64,000 nucleotides of DNA from a virus. This document shows, in pieces, positions 9,834 through 17,115 of the stretch (position 1 is the stretch's first letter; every line of letters begins with the position of its first letter). Where the stretch lies: the IMG/VR virus record IMGVR_UViG_3300023184_000036; one strand, given 5' to 3'. The position numbers and the translations under genes are program-made. The notes beneath the pieces are model-generated. The model was not told the DNA's origin. It did not search any database and was given only the letters and a program-made list of their open reading frames with translations.

Positions 9834-11057
9834 TTATCCAATAACTTGGAAGGTTGGGCAAGGAACTACTAATTTACCGCCCTTAGATATGAAATCTTGC
9901 TCACGCTTGACGAACTCATCAATAAAGTGCCAAGGAAGAACAAGCAAGTAATCTGGGTTTGCTGCTCTCATTTCTTCTTCACTGCAAATTGGAATATTAG
10001 TTCCAACTGTCAACAATCCAAACTTATATGGGCTACGTTCAGCAATAGCAGTGACAAGATCAGGAGTGATACCAAACAATTGTAGTAGTGTGTTACCCTT
10101 TGTTGAAGCACCATAACCATAAACCTTCTTACCTTCTGCCTTTGCTTGATGCAAGAAGTCAAGAACTTGCTTTTTCAAGTTCCAAATGTTATCACCAAAT
10201 TCTTTCCAAAGGTCTTCATCAGTGATATTCCACCAAGCATTTTCATACTGTAGCGTAGCTGCAATACGCATTTCACAAACGTCACGAATCTGGCGTGTGG
10301 CAAATGTCTTTTCATCAGCAGTATCTTTTTGGAAAGTTACACGGAATGAACCACCATTAGCGTCATTAAGTGTGCAATCACGTAGAACAAATCCTTCACT
10401 TTCAAACAATTTCTTAATGCTGTTTAAATCATAATAGTAAACGTGTTCATGGCAAATGTTATCAAATGCCAACTGCTTCAACATAAGTGGTGTATAACTC
10501 ATTTGTAGAACAAATACACCATCATCTGTAAGAATATCATGTGCATCACGAATAAATGGACGTGGGTTATCAAGATCATAGAACATTGCAATACAAGTAA
10601 TAACCTTTGCCTTTGCATCTGGACCAAGACCAAGACGGTTCCAAGCATCCTTTGTAAAGAAGTCTTGAATTACACGTGCATGTTTGGTGCTTTCTGCCAA
10701 GAAACTATCATCAGCAGGATCAATACCAACCTTTGTCATATAATCAGGAACTTGACGAAGCAATGTGCCATCATTACAAGCAATGTCAAGCCAGATATCA
10801 CCACTTTGTGTCTTGGTACGGCTTGTAACTTCTGCAACAACATCACCAAGAAGTTTAGTCATTGTTGCATTAGTTCCGCTGCGATACCAGTATTGTCCAT
10901 ACATCTTGTCCAATGGTGCAACACCATCAAGACGGACTGCACCAATAGTTTGGTCAAGATAAAGATCAAGCGACCAAGGCTTTGTTTCACGCATTTCTGC
11001 GCCTGGTTTCATAAAATCACTTACGTAGTGATCACCTAATTCTAAAATCTTTTTCAT
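9834..11057 (-). CDS. NDP-hexose C-methyltransferase (NovU/TcaB9-like)
   Basis: LDIACNDGTLL, FDNICHEHVYYY, NGGS, YGASTKGNTLL, PDYLLVLPWHF motifs. Confidence 0.88.
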   Translation of the reverse strand: MKKILELGDHYVSDFMKPGAEMRETKPWSLDLYLDQTIGAVRLDGVAPLDKMYGQYWYRSGTNATMTKLLGDVVAEVTSRTKTQSGDIWLDIACNDGTLLRQVPDYMTKVGIDPADDSFLAESTKHARVIQDFFTKDAWNRLGLGPDAKAKVITCIAMFYDLDNPRPFIRDAHDILTDDGVFVLQMSYTPLMLKQLAFDNICHEHVYYYDLNSIKKLFESEGFVLRDCTLNDANGGSFRVTFQKDTADEKTFATRQIRDVCEMRIAATLQYENAWWNITDEDLWKEFGDNIWNLKKQVLDFLHQAKAEGKKVYGYGASTKGNTLLQLFGITPDLVTAIAERSPYKFGLLTVGTNIPICSEEEMRAANPDYLLVLPWHFIDEFVKREQDFISKGGKLVVPCPTFQVIG

Positions 11058-11476
11058 TTTAATCCCTCGTTGATATATGATTTTGTTTCTACAATATCGC
11101 TATTGTATAGTTTGTTGATATCTAATTTGTATTGGCAACGGTCTTTATTACCTTGGTGAACGTCAGTGACTAACTTGATAAATTCACTGTCATATGGTTT
11201 CAAATCGGAACCATATGTTCTTACAACGTCTTCATGTCGCCAAATCATATGATTTACTGCTTTAAGATTCTTGACAATATCATCAATCGGCGCACTTGGT
11301 GCTTCAAGTCCATCAATAATCTTCATGAGTTCTGCTAATTCTTTGGTAACATATTCAATTTTAATGCGATTTGTTTCGTTATCTACCTTGCCATATTCTT
11401 CTAACTTAATGTTTAGAATAGTAATCTTATCCCACAAATCGCCAATGCTAATTGGCGCAAATACTAATTGTCCCAT
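11054..11476 (-). CDS. DUF6165-like conserved protein
   Basis: PISIGDLWDKITILNIK...L..VN..IW..ED...N..R...K..IN...S.IVE.KSY. Confidence 0.75.
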   Translation of the reverse strand: MGQLVFAPISIGDLWDKITILNIKLEEYGKVDNETNRIKIEYVTKELAELMKIIDGLEAPSAPIDDIVKNLKAVNHMIWRHEDVVRTYGSDLKPYDSEFIKLVTDVHQGNKDRCQYKLDINKLYNSDIVETKSYINEGLK

Positions 11477-11478
11477 GT

Positions 11479-12498
11479 TCAGCCTTTCTTTGCCAAGTTA
11501 TAGTCATTTTCACACATATCACGAACAAGGTCTTGTAGCGAATATTGTGGTTGCCAACCAAGAACTTCACGAACCTTTGTAGCATCGCCTTGAATGTTTA
11601 CAACATCAACAGGACGGTAAAACTCTGGATTTACACGAATCATAACATCACCACCAACACTATTACGTGCTACCTCATTTACACCAGTTCCTTCCCAAAG
11701 CAACTTAATACCAAAGTGTTCTGCAGTAAGATTACAAAAATCACGAATGCTGCTTTGAACACCAGTAGCAACAACATAATCATCTGGAGTATCGTGTTGC
11801 AACATCATCCACATAGCACGAACATAATCTTTGGCATGACCCCAATCACGCAGACTGTCCATATTACCAAGTTCAAGCACTTTCTGCTTACCTAATACCA
11901 TATTAGCAAATGCTTTTGTAATCTTACGAGTAACAAAAAGTTCACCACGGCGTGGACTTTCATGGTTAAATAATAAACCATTGGAACCAAAAATCTTATA
12001 ACTTTCACGATAGTTTACCGTGATCCAGTAAGCATAAAGTTTGGCAGCACTATAAGGAGAACCAGGATAGAATGGTGTATCTTCCTTCTGTGGATTAAAC
12101 TTCTGGATACCAAACATTTCACTGGTTGATGCTTGATAAAACTTTACATCATCTACCATCTTCAATGAACGGATACTATCAAGAATACGCAGCGGTCCAA
12201 GAGCATTTGTATCACCTGTAAGTTCTGGCATTTCAAAACTTACCTTAACATGACTCTGTGCCGCAAGATTATAAATCTCTGTTGGACGAACGTTGTCAAT
12301 AAGATTACGGATGCTATTTGCATCACTCAAGTCACCATTATGAAACTTGACTCGATCCTTTACTTCTTGAATATTTGGGTGGTCAAAGTTTGCGCTACGG
12401 CGAATAAGACCATGGACCTCGTAGCCTTTGTCAAGTAGCAATTCTGCCAAATAGCTACCATCTTGACCTGCGATGCCTGTAATAAGTGCTCTTTTCAT
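11479..12498 (-). CDS. gmd: GDP-mannose 4,6-dehydratase
   Basis: ITGIAGQDGSYLAELLL, YNLAAQSHVKVSF, QASTSEMFG, FNHESPRRGELFVTRKIT, RDWGHAKDYV. Confidence 0.96.
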   Translation of the reverse strand: MKRALITGIAGQDGSYLAELLLDKGYEVHGLIRRSANFDHPNIQEVKDRVKFHNGDLSDANSIRNLIDNVRPTEIYNLAAQSHVKVSFEMPELTGDTNALGPLRILDSIRSLKMVDDVKFYQASTSEMFGIQKFNPQKEDTPFYPGSPYSAAKLYAYWITVNYRESYKIFGSNGLLFNHESPRRGELFVTRKITKAFANMVLGKQKVLELGNMDSLRDWGHAKDYVRAMWMMLQHDTPDDYVVATGVQSSIRDFCNLTAEHFGIKLLWEGTGVNEVARNSVGGDVMIRVNPEFYRPVDVVNIQGDATKVREVLGWQPQYSLQDLVRDMCENDYNLAKKG

Positions 12499-12549
12499 TG
12501 ATAATTCCTTTGATATTGTATATATTGTTGATAATATACGGACATAAAT

Positions 12550-13011
12550 TTATGCTACCGTAAAGTCTTCCATTCCTGCTGTCTTAAGTCGGACCATGTG
12601 ACCCAACATAAAATTTTTACTTTCCAGTGCTTTCATTACACCTAACCAACGATTACGCAATAGTGCGACTTCGTTAATAATGGTTTCATAATCAATAACT
12701 TCTTGTTCACCATCTACATACTTTTCAGCATCACGGCTTGTTAGCGCACGAGCATAATGTTCCAAATATTTTTGGAAATGTTTTCTACGTATTTTACGTA
12801 ATTGGATATTAAGAAAATTAAGCACTGCTTCTATTTCTTGTAGTTGATTAAAACGATATGCTGTTATACCAGGTAGTGCACTCATATTTTTTTCTACAAT
12901 ACCATTAATATTAATATCACGATGTGCTAAATTAAATTCAGCTTCGTAATATGCAATAAAGTCTGGTATTAATCCTATGTCTTGGCTTACTCTGGTATAC
13001 CAACTGCTCAT
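12550..13011 (-). CDS. uvsY: recombination mediator UvsY-like
   Basis: helical protein with AEKYVDGE and K.LESKNFMLGHMVRLKTAG; downstream of uvsX. Confidence 0.75.
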   Translation of the reverse strand: MSSWYTRVSQDIGLIPDFIAYYEAEFNLAHRDININGIVEKNMSALPGITAYRFNQLQEIEAVLNFLNIQLRKIRRKHFQKYLEHYARALTSRDAEKYVDGEQEVIDYETIINEVALLRNRWLGVMKALESKNFMLGHMVRLKTAGMEDFTVA

Positions 13012-13229
13012 TCATCAAAATCTTCGTCAGATTCCTCTATTTCAATATGTTCTGAAATTGCATTTTCCATAATTCTATCAACAGAAAGTGCATTTAGATC
13101 ACTATCGCTTATACCTAAATCAACCAACTCATTAATAACGTGGTCTGCTGCCATTTGGCGATCTTTTGCTGGAATATATTCCTTAATGGTTTGCCAAAAT
13201 TGGACAAGTAAATCACTTGTATCACTCAT
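13008..13229 (-). CDS. small acidic hypothetical protein
   Basis: start MSDTSD overlapping the uvsX stop; acidic C-terminus. Confidence 0.65.
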   Translation of the reverse strand: MSDTSDLLVQFWQTIKEYIPAKDRQMAADHVINELVDLGISDSDLNALSVDRIMENAISEHIEIEESDEDFDE

Positions 13230-14268
13230 CAGTAATTTCCTCTTTAGTTTTAGGAGTATGTTTACTATACTCACTCATAATTACATCAAGTTGTTCATTT
13301 GTAAAGTTCTTCCTAAACTCCTTGATAATTTCCCCTGTCACAGGACTTGTGTAGGCAAGACGGTTTCCTTCTTTTACAAGAATACCCTCTGCTTCAAACA
13401 TATCAATTAGACCGCTATATGGGTCCATACCAGTTTCATATGGAATTTTAACTTGAACACCTTCAAAAGGTTTAGAATAACGTGTCTTCATAACTTTACA
13501 TGCTGCACGAATACCATTAACTTCACTGGTCTTATTGCCATCTTCATCTTCTTTTAGTTTCAATTTACGCATTGCAACAACAATAGATGATGCATAGATA
13601 AATCCTTGACCACCAGAAATCTTGTCATCAGGGTCAAACATATCTTGTGAAGCATATGTATGATTGGTAGCAACCATTCCCACATTGTAAGAACCAAACA
13701 TATTAACACAATTGCGAACAAGTGCAGTCAATGCTTTTGGTTTACGACCCATGTCACCCTTTAAGTCACCACTTTCAAATTGATTAACATCAGTTGGTGT
13801 CAACAACATACCAAGACTATCAACTACGAATAGAACCTTTGGACGTTCGCCATCTGGCATAGCCTTAATCATATCCATGGAATTGTTAATAAACTTGGCA
13901 ACATCATCAATCATTGCCATGTTGACTTTCATAAGTTTATCTTCACTTGTATCAACGCCAAGTGCTTTAAGCCAATCTTCATCAAGTGCATTTTCTGTAT
14001 CAATAAGAAACACATAGATGCCTTGTTCCTGTGCGTGTCGAACAATGTTTCCACTGCAAATATATGATTTGCCAGCACCACTCTCACCCGCAAATACGGT
14101 TACTTTTCCAAGTGGAATACCCTTTTTAAAATCACCACTAATACGATAGTTTAGTGTATAATTTCCTGTTGAAATCCAATCAGTTGGATCATTATACCCA
14201 ATACTCATGCCTGGTATTGCTTTTGTTAAGTCTTTGCGAAATTTTGATACGTCAAATGGTTTAGCCAT
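13222..14268 (-). CDS. uvsX: RecA-like recombinase UvsX
   Basis: AGESGAGKS Walker A; IDTENA; VVDSLGML; NHTY; SGGQGFIYASS. Confidence 0.93.
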   Translation of the reverse strand: MAKPFDVSKFRKDLTKAIPGMSIGYNDPTDWISTGNYTLNYRISGDFKKGIPLGKVTVFAGESGAGKSYICSGNIVRHAQEQGIYVFLIDTENALDEDWLKALGVDTSEDKLMKVNMAMIDDVAKFINNSMDMIKAMPDGERPKVLFVVDSLGMLLTPTDVNQFESGDLKGDMGRKPKALTALVRNCVNMFGSYNVGMVATNHTYASQDMFDPDDKISGGQGFIYASSIVVAMRKLKLKEDEDGNKTSEVNGIRAACKVMKTRYSKPFEGVQVKIPYETGMDPYSGLIDMFEAEGILVKEGNRLAYTSPVTGEIIKEFRKNFTNEQLDVIMSEYSKHTPKTKEEITDE

Positions 14269-14341
14269 AATACTGCCTTTTTGAAAAAATAATATAATAT
14301 GTGGGCAGACTTGTCAATAAATCCGCCCACATTTATTGTAA

Positions 14342-15340
14342 CTATTCTGCTGTTTTACGATTACGAATCATGCTGAGAATTTCAGCCGCACGAGCATTGC
14401 TATCAGCTTTAGGTGCAGTGCTTACAGGAGCAGATGCTACTTGAGATTCTTCATCCCATGGTGCATCTTCCTTTACACTTGCTACCTGTGGGCGAGCCGT
14501 TGGTGCATTACGAGTTACTGGAGTGGAATCATCTGCATCAGCAGCATCACCACGCAAGCCAGCGGGCTTGTAATACTGTCCCCAACGTGCTTCATCATAA
14601 GTGGCACCATCAACGCTTGCCTCAAACATTTCTTTAATAATCTTAAGTTCTGCGTCACCAGGTTTCTTTGGAAGGAAACTCTTCAAATCAAATAGACCAA
14701 ATGCATCAATTGCTGCACGTTCTGCTTGAGTTAAAGCACTTTCCTTACGTGCCCACTTGCTGGTAGCATAATCTGCATACTGACCCTTGCTAGTTTTTGT
14801 GATACTGAAATCCAAACCACGTTCAAAATCTGTTGGGATTTCTTCAATATCAGGGTCTTTCAATGCAGCAATGATCAATGGATATATGCTGGGGCTAATA
14901 ACGAACCGACGAATTGGATTTTCGGGTACGCTGTCTTCTGCAAGTGGATTGTCACGGACAAATCCTTGGAAGATATAAGAACGCTTCTTCCAATACTTAC
15001 GACCCATTTCTTCAAGACTCTTGTCCTTGAACCAAGTACGAACTTCTGTAAGAATTGGGCATGTTTCATTCCACATTTCAACACAGGGAACTTGAACAAT
15101 AACTGGTTTACTGTTCATCTGACCCTTAACTCCGCTAAATGGGAGACGAATCATCGCACGTTCAACCCAGAAAAAATCATTCTTTGTGTCGCCATCAGGC
15201 AAGAACCTGACACGTGCCGTTGCATTTTCTGGAATGTCCCAATGTGGATAGATTGCGTTATCACGACCGCCGCCGCTAGAACCGCCTGTGCGGTTTTCTT
15301 GTTGTGCAAGTTTTGCACGGATTTCTGCCAATGAAGCCAT
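14342..15340 (-). CDS. single-stranded DNA-binding protein (T4 gp32-like)
   Basis: RFLPDGD, CPIL, YWKKRSY, GLDFSITKT..G.YADY.TS.W; long low-complexity C-terminal tail. Confidence 0.9.
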   Translation of the reverse strand: MASLAEIRAKLAQQENRTGGSSGGGRDNAIYPHWDIPENATARVRFLPDGDTKNDFFWVERAMIRLPFSGVKGQMNSKPVIVQVPCVEMWNETCPILTEVRTWFKDKSLEEMGRKYWKKRSYIFQGFVRDNPLAEDSVPENPIRRFVISPSIYPLIIAALKDPDIEEIPTDFERGLDFSITKTSKGQYADYATSKWARKESALTQAERAAIDAFGLFDLKSFLPKKPGDAELKIIKEMFEASVDGATYDEARWGQYYKPAGLRGDAADADDSTPVTRNAPTARPQVASVKEDAPWDEESQVASAPVSTAPKADSNARAAEILSMIRNRKTAE

Positions 15341-15476
15341 AGTTTTTCCCTTTCTGTTTGCCTAAATTGTGCCTTATACACTTGTTACCAAGTGCATAAT
15401 GTATTTATACACGGTAGCAAGAGTAATAGCAATATATTTTCGGCTCATTGAAAGAAAATATATGATGTAGAGAAGG

Positions 15477-16661
15477 ATGTCAATAAGTATTTGCATGTTT
15501 TTTAGTTTAGAGAGTCAAAAAAATCAAAAATTTCCAATCCAATTTTATATTAATAATGTCGTTTTTAATACAGATTTAGGTTGGAAAAAACAAATTATAA
15601 ATGGAAAAACAATTATTTACAAGGGTTATGCAGATTTTTTTCCTATGGAAAAAATTTTAGAAGAATTAATAGAAGAAAAAATTACAAAATTTACAGGAAA
15701 TTTCTGTGCATTTATCTTTTCCGAAACTTATATTGAATGTAAATCAGATTTGTATCGTGGGTTTCCAATTTATTACAAAGAAGAATGTATTTCTAATTTA
15801 TTTGAACAAAAAAATAAAATTTTTTCAAATCAAATTTTACAATCTGATTACAATTTTAATATAAAATTACAAAATGTAGATTTTAATGATTCTACTAAAA
15901 ATTTAAATTTAAATTTTAATGAAACTATTGAATACATAGATGATTTATTGAATAAAAAAATAAGTAAATTTCTTTCTTTTAATGAACTACCCGTAAAATG
16001 TTTTTTATCTGGCGGTGTGGACAGTATGTTGGTTTTTAGTTACATTAAAAAGTTTACAAAATATTCCATTGTAAGTGGTGAAATTTATGATTTTGATTAT
16101 TTTACTTTAAAAAATAACTACGATATTAAAAAAAATTGGGCATATAGACAGATAAATCATTTTAAAGAACCAAACTTATGGATAAGTGGAGCACCTGGTG
16201 ATGAATTTATGCTAAGAAGTCCTGATACGTCAAATTTGTATTGTATTAGTAAACAAACTACTATTTTAAATTTACTTAAAGAAGAAAAATATAAAGATTG
16301 TTTGCACAAATTTTACTTTACTAATGATGAATCACTAGATTTTTTTAAAAAACAAGAAGATAAGAATAATAAAATTTTAATTAAAAGTCCTGAATTTGCA
16401 AAAAAAATTATTTTTGAAAAGATTTTAAACGATTATCAACATCACCATTTGGGTAACACACTTACGTATACTCCACTTCGAGATTTGAACATTACAAATG
16501 CAATATTAAACTTACCAACAGAAGTTGTATTTGACCAAATAATGGACAGTAGTATTAGCAAAAGTTTGATAGAAAAAAATGATAAAAATTTACTTAAATT
16601 TTTAAGCACATATAAAAACTATGAAAACTACATGGAAAATCTAATTGGTTTGGTAATTTAA
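15477..16661 (+). CDS. asparagine-synthetase-like adenylating enzyme (degenerate N-terminal domain)
   Basis: LSGGVDS PP-loop and SGAPGDEF motif; lacks the MCG N-terminus; very AT-rich; alternative start 15495. Confidence 0.65.
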   Translation: MSISICMFFSLESQKNQKFPIQFYINNVVFNTDLGWKKQIINGKTIIYKGYADFFPMEKILEELIEEKITKFTGNFCAFIFSETYIECKSDLYRGFPIYYKEECISNLFEQKNKIFSNQILQSDYNFNIKLQNVDFNDSTKNLNLNFNETIEYIDDLLNKKISKFLSFNELPVKCFLSGGVDSMLVFSYIKKFTKYSIVSGEIYDFDYFTLKNNYDIKKNWAYRQINHFKEPNLWISGAPGDEFMLRSPDTSNLYCISKQTTILNLLKEEKYKDCLHKFYFTNDESLDFFKKQEDKNNKILIKSPEFAKKIIFEKILNDYQHHHLGNTLTYTPLRDLNITNAILNLPTEVVFDQIMDSSISKSLIEKNDKNLLKFLSTYKNYENYMENLIGLVI

Positions 16662-16678
16662 TATTAACGTTATTTAAT

Positions 16679-16891
16679 TTACGCTTTATTAATAGTAAAA
16701 GTTCCGTTTACTATACTACCAGTTATGTTAAAACAAAAATTTCCAACCTCGTCGAGGGGTCCAAGTGTTATAATATGATTAGGAACGTTAGGAAGAATTT
16801 CAGTAAACACCTTAAAACTACTACTGCCATCATCAGTGTGTACTTGTTGTGATGCCCAATTTTCTACATACGCATTATTTATTTCACTCAT
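16679..16891 (-). CDS. hypothetical protein; tandem paralog of 16888-17115
   Basis: NWA.Q...D.GS.S.KV..E..PN.PNH....GP....GN.....TG....GT shared with its neighbour. Confidence 0.7.
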   Translation of the reverse strand: MSEINNAYVENWASQQVHTDDGSSSFKVFTEILPNVPNHIITLGPLDEVGNFCFNITGSIVNGTFTINKA

Positions 16892-17115
16892 TTTGCTTCC
16901 TTTCGCACAGCGGCATAAACAATTACTTGTGTGCCATCAATTACTGGACCAGTTAGTGTTATTTGATAATTGCCTTCTAGTGTTGGTCCAACGTCAACCG
17001 CATGATTTGGAAAATTTGGAATTACTTCACTTATAACTTTCCAACTCATGCTTCCACTATCTACATATCGCTGTAGGTCTGCCCAATTTTGCAACCAAGC
17101 TAAATCATAGTTCAT
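16888..17115 (-). CDS. hypothetical protein; tandem paralog of 16679-16891
   Basis: start MNYDL in ATGA overlap with the upstream stop; clear similarity to its neighbour. Confidence 0.7.
   Translation of the reverse strand: MNYDLAWLQNWADLQRYVDSGSMSWKVISEVIPNFPNHAVDVGPTLEGNYQITLTGPVIDGTQVIVYAAVRKEAK

Noticed and set aside
15477-17115. Lasso-peptide/RiPP cluster (asparagine-synthetase-like cyclase plus two small ORFs)
   Set aside because: The small ORFs are on the opposite strand and coupled to a structural gene, they lack a recognisable lasso leader/core pattern, and no peptidase or RRE gene is nearby.
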